Origin: Truepera sp.
GTDB taxonomy: Bacteria > Deinococcota > Deinococci > Deinococcales > Trueperaceae
Assembly (NCBI GenBank): GCA_965218435.1
Contig: CBDCKW010000009.1
Coordinates: forward strand, 1,568,001-1,632,000
Reading direction: 5' to 3'
Length of the DNA stretch: 64,000 bases
This document shows positions 9,726 to 20,041 of the stretch, piece by piece. The first letter of the stretch is position 1. The number at the start of each line of letters is the position of its first letter. The translations under genes were made by a program, and so were the position numbers. The notes below the pieces were generated by a model. The model was not told the DNA's origin. It made no database searches and was given only the letters and a program-made list of their open reading frames with translations.

Positions 9726-11276
9726 CTAATCCGCCTCTTCTATCTCAGTTTCGGTCACACTCTGCCGGTACGGGGTATCTTCCGCCTCGGCCCCCGGTAC
9801 CCGGTTATACATCTCGGTCAGGTCGGCCAGCGCGGGCGCGAGCCAGCTTTCTAACTGCCCCTCTTCAAACCGCCAACCCCAGTTTCCGCCCGCCTGACCC
9901 GGCGTGTTCATCCGGGCGCTCGAGCCGAGTTGCAACACGTCTTGCAGCGGCACCACCGCGTACTTCGCTACCGACGAATACGCCAAACGGACGAGTTCCC
10001 AGACAATGCCCCGGTCGTCGTGACCCAAGTAGCGCCGCACGAAGTCGCGCTCGTTTTCGGGTGCGGCGTCAAACCAACCTTGCGTCGTATCGTTGTCGTG
10101 GGTGCCGGTATAGACGACGAAGTTTTCCGTGTAGTTGTGCGGCAAGTAGAGATCAGAACCGCCCCCGGCAAAGGCAAACTGCAAGACCTTCATCCCCGGC
10201 AACTTGTTATCATCCCGGAGGTGCTCGACCTCGGGGGTGATGATGCCCAAATCTTCAGCGATGATCGGCAGGTCGCCCAGCTCTTTTTTGAGGGTGTCAA
10301 AGAGCGCCTGACCAGGACCTTTGACCCAGCGGCCATGTTCGGCGGTCGGGTTTTCCGCCGGAATCTCCCAATACGATTCAAAGCCGCGAAAGTGATCGAC
10401 ACGGATCAGGTCGTAAAAGTCCAAAGATGACTGGAAGCGCGACACCCACCAGGCAAAATCGCGGTTTTGCATCTTTTTCCAGCGGTAGAGCGGGTTGCCC
10501 CACCGCTGCCCGGTCTCGCTAAAGTAATCGGGTGGCACCCCCGCGACGACCTCAGGATTACCCTCGTCATTTAAGTAGTAGAGTTCAGGGTTGGCCCAAG
10601 CGTCGGCGGAGTCGTAGGCGATAAAGATCGGGATGTCGCCGATGATTTGGACGCCCCTCGCGTTGGCGTAGTCTTTTAACCCCAACCACTGCGCATAAAA
10701 AAACCACTGCCAGACTTTGTGACGGGTGATGAGCGCCTCATTTTCACCGATAAACTTGGCCAGCGCACGTTTCTTGCGGGTTCTCAGCGCCTCGTCCCAA
10801 CTGTTCCAGGGTTCGCCGCCTTGCGCCTCTTTTAAGGCCATAAAGAGCGCGTAATCGTCTAACCAGTACGCCTGGTCGTCGCAAAACTCACGAAACTCGC
10901 CTTGCTGCTCGTCAGTGGCGACCGTTTGAAACGTTTCGGCGGCGCGGCGCAGCGCAGCGTCCTTAAAGGGGATGACCGTACCATAATCAACCGTACCGGT
11001 ATTGGCGGGGGCGTTTTCCAGATCGGCGGACGTCAGAAAGCCTTGCTCTACCAGCCTGTCTAAACTGACTAGGTTCGGGTTCCCCGCAAACGCACTGAAA
11101 CTCTGATATGGGGAATCGCCGTAACCGGTCGGCCCGAGCGGTAACACCTGCCAGAGTCCCTGCTTGGCCGCCGCTAAAAAATCTATCCAGGCATAAGCGT
11201 GTGCGCCCAAATCACCGACGCCGTGCCCTCCCGGTAACGAAGTCGGGTGCAAAAGAAGACCTGCTGAACGTTCCAT
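9726..11276 (-). CDS. malQ: 4-alpha-glucanotransferase (amylomaltase, GH77)
   Basis: LHPTSLPG, RVDHFRG, IAEDLG and YTGTHDNDT catalytic motifs. Confidence 0.97.
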   Translation of the reverse strand: MERSAGLLLHPTSLPGGHGVGDLGAHAYAWIDFLAAAKQGLWQVLPLGPTGYGDSPYQSFSAFAGNPNLVSLDRLVEQGFLTSADLENAPANTGTVDYGTVIPFKDAALRRAAETFQTVATDEQQGEFREFCDDQAYWLDDYALFMALKEAQGGEPWNSWDEALRTRKKRALAKFIGENEALITRHKVWQWFFYAQWLGLKDYANARGVQIIGDIPIFIAYDSADAWANPELYYLNDEGNPEVVAGVPPDYFSETGQRWGNPLYRWKKMQNRDFAWWVSRFQSSLDFYDLIRVDHFRGFESYWEIPAENPTAEHGRWVKGPGQALFDTLKKELGDLPIIAEDLGIITPEVEHLRDDNKLPGMKVLQFAFAGGGSDLYLPHNYTENFVVYTGTHDNDTTQGWFDAAPENERDFVRRYLGHDDRGIVWELVRLAYSSVAKYAVVPLQDVLQLGSSARMNTPGQAGGNWGWRFEEGQLESWLAPALADLTEMYNRVPGAEAEDTPYRQSVTETEIEEAD

Positions 11277-11428
11277 GTCATTTCCCTTCTACTTAAAAAA
11301 ATGGTAAAAATCTGACTGCTGAAATAAAGCCGAGAGAAGGGAGAATGAAGAATATAGGCACCATCCCCAGTCTCTCTTCCGTGTTCTGTATTCTTTTCAC
11401 ACGTCTTATACGCCAATTGGGTTCTAGG

Positions 11429-12361
11429 CTATTTGACAAACGGTTTCCCAATCGCTTTAGGCGCGACCGAGCGGCCGATAAACCCGGCCAAAACGAACAT
11501 CGTCAAGATAAACGGCAAGCTCTGGACGATCGTCGGCGGCATCAACTGGCTGCCGCCCAAAAGCGTCGCCGCCGCCTCGAACGCGCCAAAGAGCAGCGTC
11601 GCGCCGAGCACCCCGAGTGGGTGCCATTTGCCAAAAATCAGTGCGGCCAACGCAATAAACCCCCGACCCCCCGACATCTCCGAAATAAACTGGTTGAGGT
11701 TGCCGATACTTAAAAATGCGCCGCCCAATCCCGCCAGCACCCCTGAAATAACAACCCCGTAGTAACGCATCCGTTTGACGTCAATGCCGACACTGTCAGC
11801 CGCTTCGGGATGCTCCCCAACCGAGCGCAGGCGTAAGCCGAAGGGGGTGTGAAAGAGCACATAGTACGAGACCGGCACCAGCAGAAAGGCCAGATAGACG
11901 AGTGGCGAGAACGAAAACGGCCCGATACTCCACTCCGGCAGTCGGTTACGCACCGGGTCGCTCGTCGCGGAATTGTTGTACAACCCGGTTAAAATGACGG
12001 CGGGCAGTCCTACGGCCATCAGGTTAATCGCCGTCCCGGAGATCACCTGGTCGGCCCGGTAACGAATCGAGATAAAGGCGTGAAGCCAGCCGACGCCGCC
12101 CCCGACGACCGCCGCCGCCAGAACTCCCAGCCACGGCGCGTAAGGGACGACCGCCTGCGGATTTTGAGCCAGGGCGGGCAACTCGGCAAACCGGGCGACG
12201 ACCGCCGCCGCCAATGCGCCGAACAAGATAATGCCCTCGAGCGCGATATTGACCACCCCCGACCGTTCGCTAAACATCCCGCCGAGCGCGGCGAGTAACA
12301 AAGGTGTCGTCGCCCGGAGCGCCGACGCTAGAAGCGTTAAAAGTAAAGCGGTTTCGATCAT
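11429..12361 (-). CDS. nucleoside/sugar ABC transporter permease (NupC/YufQ-like)
   Basis: SERSGVVNIALEG, GLRLRSVGEHPEAADSVG and GRGFIALAA motifs. Confidence 0.9.
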   Translation of the reverse strand: MIETALLLTLLASALRATTPLLLAALGGMFSERSGVVNIALEGIILFGALAAAVVARFAELPALAQNPQAVVPYAPWLGVLAAAVVGGGVGWLHAFISIRYRADQVISGTAINLMAVGLPAVILTGLYNNSATSDPVRNRLPEWSIGPFSFSPLVYLAFLLVPVSYYVLFHTPFGLRLRSVGEHPEAADSVGIDVKRMRYYGVVISGVLAGLGGAFLSIGNLNQFISEMSGGRGFIALAALIFGKWHPLGVLGATLLFGAFEAAATLLGGSQLMPPTIVQSLPFILTMFVLAGFIGRSVAPKAIGKPFVK

Positions 12362-14631
12362 GTTTCTCCTGTAGGTTCGCTGGTAGTTTCACCTAGACGT
12401 TCCCTTACACGTTCTGCCGTCCGGCTGGGGCGTCCGGGCGGGTCGAGTGGGGTCTCCGGCGGAGCGGGGCGCGTCTCATCGTCGTCGCCGACCGGCCCGC
12501 GCCGTTTGACAGGGTCGGTAAGGCGATCCGGTAAAAAGCCTTTCGCCGCGATAAAGAGCACCACGAGCGCCAGGATCATGTTCACCACGTCTCTGGTCAG
12601 GTCGGTGAAGGTGATGTTAAGGGCGGAGCCCCCGTTTTTAAGCACCCCGAATAAAAACGCCGATAACACCACCCCGAGCGGCGTATTTTGCCCGAGCAGC
12701 GCCACGGCGATGCCGTCGAAACCGTCACCGGTCGGGAGTGACTGACGCAGCGCGTAATCTTCTAACGCGCCGCCCAACACGTAGTGCGACGCCGCCAGTC
12801 CCGCAAACGCGCCGGAGAGCGCCATCGCCCAGACAACACTTGTGGCGATATTCGCGCCGCCGTACTCAGCAGCTTTAGGTGCGAGCCCAACCGCCCGCAG
12901 TTCATACCCCCAAGACGTTCGCCATAAGATCACCCACATCAGCACCGCCGACAAGACGGCGACTAAAAACGACGCGTTGAGTTTCGTCGGTGGAATCAGA
13001 GTGGGCCGTGCGTTGAGGCCGAGCACCCCGAAGATAAAGTAGAGCGCACCCCCGACTAACACGGCCATCAGCAACCGCAGAGGCCAGCGTAACCGCCGCG
13101 CCGCGCCGAGCGCCACAAAAACGAGCAGCGCGACAACCGGGGCAACAAAAAGGCCGAGGTTCAGGGCAACCTCCGTTTCACCAAATGTCCCCGCCGGTAC
13201 GCCGACGATGGCCAGGAGCTGTGGCAGCCGCGCCGCCTCCGAAAGTTCAAACGATTTAGGTTCAGACCCCGGCGCTTTGAACGGCAACCCTAAATTAACG
13301 GAGCCGTCCCCGGCTCTCGGCAGCCCGACAAAAATCAGCACAGCGAGGAGCAGCACACCCGATACGGCGGCCGAAACCCTGGGCGCTTTGGCCATCCGTA
13401 CCCGCGTCGCCGGAACTAAACTCAAGACGATGCCGACGACGATAAAGACGCCGACCGCAACGAAAGCTCGAGCCACCGACTCAGCAAACACTTGCTGCGC
13501 TGAGAGCACAAGTAACAGCAGCGACGCGGCAATATAGTTGAGCAAGATGGTATTGATAACCTCGCTCGCGCCGAAACGAGCTTTGAGCCAGCCCGGGAGC
13601 GCACCCCACAAGCCCCCGCCCAAAGCCGCAGCTAAAACCGCCACCGGCAGCACAATAATTCTCGGCCCCGGTAGGTAAACCCCGGCGAGCATGGCGAAGA
13701 TGCCCCCCAAAACCATCTGCCCCGGCGCGCCGATGTTAAAAAGTCCGGCGCGAAACCCGAACGCAACTGACAACCCGGTAAATATTAAGGGCGTGGCAAA
13801 CTTGAGCGCTTCCATCAACCCGGCCGGATCGGTCAGCGACGTTGCAAACAGGCTCTGATAGGCGTACCAGAGCACGTCGAGACGGCCCGCCAGATACATT
13901 AGCGGGCCGCTGACCGTCACACTCCCGAGCGGCGTCGGTTGCAACGCCAAAATCACCACAGCTGCAGCAAGCAGCGCCAGCACAATCGAAGTTGCTGGAA
14001 CCGCGATAGCGGCAAGCGCCCGGTCCAACAGCCGACCGGCGCGCGGAAACACCCGCAAACCCAAGAGAAAGGCGAGCAAGCCGGTTATAAACGTAAGGGC
14101 CGCAGCCAGACCCGCCGAGGTTGCAGCGTAAGGCAGCTGCCGAATGCGGAGACCGGCGTCTTGTAGGCCGGTGAGCAGGTCGGGCGTTGTCAAGTCGGCG
14201 GCGCGGTCTACCACACGTTGCAAGGCCGCCACATCAGTACGGCGGCCCGGATCAGCGAGCTCTTCTTGGGCGTTCGTTAAAAGCGCCGAAGACTGCGCGT
14301 CCTTGGTGGCGTTTTGCACCGAGGCGTTGCCCCAAACCGTCACCCCGACGAGAACTGCGCCGCCTATAAGCCAGACGCTGGCGCGGCGACGCGCAGGTAG
14401 ACGGCTCCCGGCGGCGACCGCCAGCAGCCCGAGCACCCCGACACCTAAAACGAGACCCTGACCGGGAATTCGCACCGGTTCGGTACGCCCGGTAAAGTCG
14501 TAGGTCCGGTTGGGCAAGACGATGACGGTACCCCTAGCCCCGGTCTCGCGGCTGATCGCCGCCCACGGCGCAGTAAAGAGACCGACGAGCGCGAGGAGCG
14601 CCAAGACGGTTAAGAAAACCTTTTCGTTCAC
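12358..14631 (-). CDS. nucleoside/sugar ABC transporter permease (NupB/YufP-like) with long N-terminal extension
   Basis: FRAGLFNIGAPGQ, GYELRAVG and GFDGIAVALLG motifs; leaderless TAAGAT-N6-GTG. Confidence 0.88.
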   Translation of the reverse strand: MNEKVFLTVLALLALVGLFTAPWAAISRETGARGTVIVLPNRTYDFTGRTEPVRIPGQGLVLGVGVLGLLAVAAGSRLPARRRASVWLIGGAVLVGVTVWGNASVQNATKDAQSSALLTNAQEELADPGRRTDVAALQRVVDRAADLTTPDLLTGLQDAGLRIRQLPYAATSAGLAAALTFITGLLAFLLGLRVFPRAGRLLDRALAAIAVPATSIVLALLAAAVVILALQPTPLGSVTVSGPLMYLAGRLDVLWYAYQSLFATSLTDPAGLMEALKFATPLIFTGLSVAFGFRAGLFNIGAPGQMVLGGIFAMLAGVYLPGPRIIVLPVAVLAAALGGGLWGALPGWLKARFGASEVINTILLNYIAASLLLLVLSAQQVFAESVARAFVAVGVFIVVGIVLSLVPATRVRMAKAPRVSAAVSGVLLLAVLIFVGLPRAGDGSVNLGLPFKAPGSEPKSFELSEAARLPQLLAIVGVPAGTFGETEVALNLGLFVAPVVALLVFVALGAARRLRWPLRLLMAVLVGGALYFIFGVLGLNARPTLIPPTKLNASFLVAVLSAVLMWVILWRTSWGYELRAVGLAPKAAEYGGANIATSVVWAMALSGAFAGLAASHYVLGGALEDYALRQSLPTGDGFDGIAVALLGQNTPLGVVLSAFLFGVLKNGGSALNITFTDLTRDVVNMILALVVLFIAAKGFLPDRLTDPVKRRGPVGDDDETRPAPPETPLDPPGRPSRTAERVRERLGETTSEPTGET

Positions 14632-14691
14632 GCGTTTATCTTAACGTTACGGAGAGGTTCACGGGCCGAGGTAACCCAAAGGTAAGCAAAC

Positions 14692-15924
14692 TTAGGAAGT
14701 TGTATCAAAAGCTCTTCCAGATATTACTTCTTTGACCGTTGTCCCTTCTAAGCCATCAGAGGCTTGAAAGTCCCTAGTTCCAGACACTTGATATAGGTAA
14801 GTTCCTATTTGGAATAAGGAACAAGGCTTCTCTGGATTTTGAATGAGGTGCTGCCAAATTTTTCTAGTGTTCTCTTTGTCTTCTCGAGACCATTTTCCAG
14901 CTCCTATGACCAAAGCTGTATTAGCATAGCTTAGCCCTTCCATCTTCATGCGACCTGTTGTAGTAACAGTTGTATTCGTAAAGATTGTGACTAATAGCCA
15001 ACGGCAGGTCTATAACTAGAGACGAAGATAAATTGTCGTTTAGATAAAGCCTTAGCTCAGTCTTCAAGTCGTCCCTAATATAGATGGAAGCAGCAAGATG
15101 AACAAAAGGCTCTAACCCTAAACCTCGGTAAGGCCCTCAGTTTCGCAGAAGACTCCATTAAGATCAACCACGCCAAGAACCAATTGTCCGCTGGCTTGAA
15201 ATTTGCAGTAAATCCTCAAGGGGTTATACCTATCTGCAGTTGATGGATACTTGAAGTCAAATACATAGGCATCTTGCACGAAGGTTTGCTCGGGAAAAGC
15301 CACGTAAGCGTGAACCTCAAGGTCACGCAAACTTTGTAAGAGCTGAACCCCGAGCTTATATACTACTTCGGCTATCTCTAGCAGATTTTGTTGCAACTGT
15401 TGCCCCATAAAAGCGACCATGCTAGCGAAGTTACTTGGCATAGAAACTGAAAAACGTGCACCTCCCTGATTTACAGCGAAAGACCTTATCAGCTCTCGAG
15501 GAGTATAAATCTTGCCATCAAAGTACGCTGCTGGGGAATCCAAAAATTCGTCAATGGTTAGAAGGTTGTCTAAAGTGTGCAGATCAATTTTTAAGTTCAA
15601 AGGTGCCCAAACAACAACCGTATTCTCCGGCATATCTCGATGATCTATGGGAGTGAATCCGACTTTTAGGGACATCCTGAGACTTTTGGAAACAGCCAAA
15701 AGCAAAGGTTCATTACTACTGCTTTTCTCGGTAAGCAAAAGTCTCAATTGCCCGTACAAAGGTAAAAAATGATGTAGCTTTCCCAACTCAACCAAATCCA
15801 TACAGTCGCGCACAACGAGAAGCGACTGCGTTAGCTCATTGATGCGCATACCAAGTGGTTTAGAAACCATCTGGTACTTGTTATTCGATGGATTCTTGCG
15901 TCCTTTTTTGCTTTTCTTCGACAT
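14692..15924 (-). pseudogene. AT-rich hypothetical gene (~410 aa) split by two compensating frameshifts
   Basis: ORFs 15118-15924 and 14692-14949 share a frame and the gap is open in another frame (LGLEPFVHLAASIYIRDD...NRSHEDG); leaderless TAAAAT-N6-ATG at 15924. Confidence 0.65.
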
Positions 15925-15985
15925 CTTAATATTTTAATAGCTATTTTGGCTGACGGAATATCCAAAGTCGGCACTATGGATCAAG

Positions 15986-16858
15986 CTAACGCCTGACTAA
16001 AATCCCCGCCCGGTAGAGCGCCGCTAAAAAACCCGCCTCTTGCGCCTCCAAGGGCGTCTCTTCAACCCGGACCAAACAGTAACGAAACCCGGCTTGCACC
16101 ACCGCCGCACGCGTCCGGGCGAGAAAACGCTGCACCGCCTCCCGGTAAAGCTGCACCTCGCCCTCGCCAACCTCGAGCGTCCCCCCCGTTTCGCTGTCTT
16201 TAACCTCGAGGCGTCGGCCCTCGGGCTCGAGGTCAAAGATACTCAGTAGCTGCACAAAACACACGTCGAGCCGCCGCGCCCGGAGCGCCGTCAGGGCGGG
16301 AGTCAGTGAAGCCTCGTCAAACAGGTCGGACAACACGACGACCATCCCGGCCGCGTAAGCCGAACGCGCCGCGAACGCTGACAGTGCGGCGGCGGGCGCT
16401 TCTTGGGCCGGTTCAGGGGTGTCGCCGATAAAGCGCCACAACTCCGGAAGCTGCGTACGCGTCCCCCCGCGTGGGCTGGTTGCGCCACCAAAACGCCCGA
16501 CTTGGGTCCGCATCCCGAGCGAGGTTGTCACCAGCATTGCCGCAAGTCGCTGCGCTGCCCCGAGTTTGCCCCCGACGTTCATACTTGGTGAGGTGTCAAT
16601 CAAGACCTGCAGCGCCGAGGTGCGTTCAGCTTGATAAAGCCGCGTCATCAGTTTGCCGGTGCGGGCGTAGGCTTTCCAGTCCACATAACGCAGTTCGTCC
16701 CCGGCACCGTAGGGGCGCACGTCGAAAAATTCCAAGCTCTGCCCCGCCTCACGTACGAGCCGCTCACCTGAAGCTGTGGTCAGGACTCTGGGCGCAGGCG
16801 CGTAACGCGACAACAACGCCCGGGTCGGGGTGCTCAGGGTTAAGGGAGTCTGGGACAC
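15986..16858 (-). CDS. DUF58 domain protein
   Basis: GQSLEFFDVRPY..GDELRYVDWK and IDTSPSM motifs; adjacent to MoxR. Confidence 0.92.
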   Translation of the reverse strand: MSQTPLTLSTPTRALLSRYAPAPRVLTTASGERLVREAGQSLEFFDVRPYGAGDELRYVDWKAYARTGKLMTRLYQAERTSALQVLIDTSPSMNVGGKLGAAQRLAAMLVTTSLGMRTQVGRFGGATSPRGGTRTQLPELWRFIGDTPEPAQEAPAAALSAFAARSAYAAGMVVVLSDLFDEASLTPALTALRARRLDVCFVQLLSIFDLEPEGRRLEVKDSETGGTLEVGEGEVQLYREAVQRFLARTRAAVVQAGFRYCLVRVEETPLEAQEAGFLAALYRAGILVRR

Positions 16859-16863
16859 AAGCT

Positions 16864-17811
16864 CTACTTGACGGTTTTGAGCAGCTCGGCGATCACCTCG
16901 TCCGGCGTCGTGCCCGACACTTCCGCTTCGAAGTTTAACAGCAACCGGTGCCGGAGCGCAGCTGGGGCAGCCCGCCGGAGGTCGCCCAGCTCGACGTTCG
17001 GACGGCCTGCTGCGAGCGCGTAGCCTTTGGCGGCCAAGACCATCGCCTGTGCGCCGCGCGGCGACGCGCCGAGCCGCACGAGCGGGTGTGCGTGACTCGC
17101 CTCGACGAGGTTCACGACGTACTCCAGAGCGCGGCTGGCAATCGGCACCGCGCGGAGCGTGGTTTGCAACGCTGAAAGTTCCGCGTGGCTGATAACTTGC
17201 GTGACTTCAGCTTCAGACGCGCCCGTCGTCGCGGAAAGAATCTGCGTCAGCGTCGGGGCGTCGGGACGCGGCACCAAAATCTTAAACAAAAACCTGTCGA
17301 GCTGCGCTTCAGGGAGCGGATAGGTACCTTCCATCTCGAGCGGGTTCTGCGTCGCCAGCACGGTAAATGGTCTCGGCAGCGGGTGCTCCTCGCCGGAAAC
17401 CGTCACTGAACGCTCTTGCATCGCCTCGAGCAAAGCCGACTGCGTTTTAGGCGTCGCCCGGTTGATCTCGTCGGCCAACAAAACCTGATGAAAGACCGGC
17501 CCCGGTTGAAAGGTAAAGTGAGCGCGGCCGTGCTCTTCGCTTAAAAGCGTCGTCCCGGTCACGTCGGCGGGCATCAGGTCGGGCGTGAACTGCACGCGCC
17601 CGAAGGTGAGGTCGGTCGCGCCCGCTAAGGCCCGCACCAAGCGGGTTTTGCCGAGACCGGGAGCACCCTCTAAAAGCGCGTGCCCGCCCGCCAAAACGAC
17701 GACCAGCAAATCTTCAACGACCGCTTGCTGCCCGAGGATCGCGCCTTCGACAGCTTCGGCGAGCGCCTTAAACCGCTTTGCAAAAACCGTGTGCGGCCCC
17801 TGTTCACTCAT
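16864..17811 (-). CDS. MoxR family AAA+ ATPase
   Basis: [26 protein letters not shown] and [11 protein letters not shown] motifs. Confidence 0.95.
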   Translation of the reverse strand: MSEQGPHTVFAKRFKALAEAVEGAILGQQAVVEDLLVVVLAGGHALLEGAPGLGKTRLVRALAGATDLTFGRVQFTPDLMPADVTGTTLLSEEHGRAHFTFQPGPVFHQVLLADEINRATPKTQSALLEAMQERSVTVSGEEHPLPRPFTVLATQNPLEMEGTYPLPEAQLDRFLFKILVPRPDAPTLTQILSATTGASEAEVTQVISHAELSALQTTLRAVPIASRALEYVVNLVEASHAHPLVRLGASPRGAQAMVLAAKGYALAAGRPNVELGDLRRAAPAALRHRLLLNFEAEVSGTTPDEVIAELLKTVK

Positions 17812-18322
17812 CGGTTGGCTCTTATCTGCTTACGCATCTAAGGCTTACGTTACCATCTCTTAGTGGGTAAAACCGAGTTTTGAACGCGTTTATGTTCTCA
17901 CTTCAAAGCAGGTATCGAAATTCAAGTTAGCTTTTGATAGTGCTCCGGCAGTGATTTAATGCTCATTCAATGGTAAAGAGAATACTCAAGTGACAAAGCT
18001 GCCTAGTTCGGTACATCCTGAAAGCTTCTTACCTCTAAAGATCACGTAAAAAAGTCGGCTTAAAAAACGTATAACTGTGGGTTATGCTACATTAGAAAAT
18101 GTACTACTTAAATACAAAGACCGACGGGGACACTTTTTGCACTCATTAAAGCTCGCGCCCTCTTTCCTTCCAGCGGCAAGAAGACCATAGCTTGAAAACC
18201 GGTACCAACCCTGGACACTAAAACGTCCAGGTTTTTTGTGAACCCCTAACAAAATACAAACAGTTTTATAGTATGATTTTTCACACGCTGTAGTAGCGCG
18301 TGCGTAGCCTGTTCTAACGCCG

Positions 18323-19996
18323 TTGACGGCAGATGGGATGCTCGACATGGAAGTTGACGTGGTGGTTCTCGGAAGCGGCGTCGGCGGGAGTACAGTAGCT
18401 GCTATTTTGGCGGAGCAAGGCGTGCGGGTCGCGCTCGTTGACGCGGCGGTTCACCCCCGCTTTGCTCTTGGTGAAAGCACCATCGGCGAGACCTCTTTTT
18501 TGCTCCGGCAACTTGCGGCGCGTTGGCGCGTGCCGGAGCTCGGTTGGGTCAGTACCAACCGGGGACTAGAGGAGCACGTCAGTCGGCGCTGCGGCATCAA
18601 ACGCAATTTCGGTTTTGTCTACCAGCGGGAAGGTTTAGAGCACCAACCCGATGAAGTGACCCAGTGCAACGTCTCGGACGGCCCCTTTGGTGCCGAGTCA
18701 CACCTGATGCGCGCCGACGTTGACCAGTACCTTTTTGGTGCGGCCAAACGTCACGGCGCGAGCGTCTACGAAGGGATCAAGGTCGCTGCAGTTGACGTTG
18801 ATGATGAAGGCGCGAGCGTCAGTTTGAGGGATGGGACAGAAATTCATACGGAATACCTCATCGACGCCACCGGTCGCAATTCGGTTCTTGCCGAAAAGTT
18901 CAGCCTCCGCGAAGAGCCAAGCCGGTTTCGGACAGACAGCTGGACGACGTTTACCCACATGCGCGGCGTTCGCCCTTATGACGAGGTAGACCCGGAGACC
19001 AACCAACCGACCCCGTGGCACGAAGGAACACTTCACCATCTGTTCGACGGCGGCTGGATGTGGGTCATCCCTTTTGACAATCACAGCGGCAGCGAAACCG
19101 ACCTCGTGTCGGTCGGTCTCAATTTTGACAGCAACCGTTTTCCCAAGCGTGAGGGCGTCACGGGCGAGCAGGTGTGGCAGGAATTTCTTGCGACCCAACC
19201 GGGCATCGCCGCGCAGTTCGGGGCCGCGGCCCCGGTGTTTCCCTGGGTGACGACGGGGCGCACACAGTTCAGCAGCAAAACGACCGTCGGCGACCGCTGG
19301 ATACTGATGTCGCACGCCGCCGGTGCGGTAGATGCACTTTTCAGCCGGGGCATGGCGAATACGATGGCGGTCATCGAGGCGTTTGTCCCACGCTTTTTAG
19401 CTGCGCACGCCGACCGTGACTACCGGGCTGAGCGGTTTGAATACGTTGACCGGTTTTCGCAGACCATGTTGGACAACAACGATAAACTGATCGCGGGAAG
19501 TTACATCGCCTTTCGTGACTTTGATCTGTGGCGCGCCTGGTCGAAGATGTGGTTTTTAGCGTGGAACTTAGGCGTGATGCGGCTCGCCGGGTCATACTAC
19601 CGGTTTGTCGAAACCGGAGACACGAACATCCTCGACGAACTCCACAAGGGCGAAGCGCCAGGGACGTTTGCGCCCGAAGCGCCCTCGGCGCAAAGGCAGT
19701 TCGAGCGGTGCTTTGCCATCATGGAAGAGATCGACCGGGGCGAAAGGGAAATTGCCGACGCCATCCCCGAATTAGCCTTCATCTTAGGTGACGGCGAGGC
19801 GAGTCCGGCCCCGCTCAACCTGCATGACGTGCTCCGCCCTTGGCACGACGGCAGCGCCGAAACGCAGACCCTGATCTATAACTGGGGCCGCACCGCGAGC
19901 CCACTGGGGATGCGTAAATGGTTCGACTACGACCGGGCGACGATTCCGCAGGCCGCAGAACAGTTGTACGCCGAGCGAGAACTGAGCGCCGTTTAA
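18323..19996 (+). CDS. FAD-dependent halogenase, PrnC-like
   Basis: GSGVGG FAD motif, HPRFALGEST, GIKRNFGF (catalytic Lys) and the WMWVIP halogenase signature; start may be ATG 18338 or 18347. Confidence 0.88.
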   Translation: MTADGMLDMEVDVVVLGSGVGGSTVAAILAEQGVRVALVDAAVHPRFALGESTIGETSFLLRQLAARWRVPELGWVSTNRGLEEHVSRRCGIKRNFGFVYQREGLEHQPDEVTQCNVSDGPFGAESHLMRADVDQYLFGAAKRHGASVYEGIKVAAVDVDDEGASVSLRDGTEIHTEYLIDATGRNSVLAEKFSLREEPSRFRTDSWTTFTHMRGVRPYDEVDPETNQPTPWHEGTLHHLFDGGWMWVIPFDNHSGSETDLVSVGLNFDSNRFPKREGVTGEQVWQEFLATQPGIAAQFGAAAPVFPWVTTGRTQFSSKTTVGDRWILMSHAAGAVDALFSRGMANTMAVIEAFVPRFLAAHADRDYRAERFEYVDRFSQTMLDNNDKLIAGSYIAFRDFDLWRAWSKMWFLAWNLGVMRLAGSYYRFVETGDTNILDELHKGEAPGTFAPEAPSAQRQFERCFAIMEEIDRGEREIADAIPELAFILGDGEASPAPLNLHDVLRPWHDGSAETQTLIYNWGRTASPLGMRKWFDYDRATIPQAAEQLYAERELSAV

Positions 19997-20041
19997 ACCG
20001 GGTCAAGTAGCCTAACCTTCGGTGGCGTCTAAGGAGCACAG

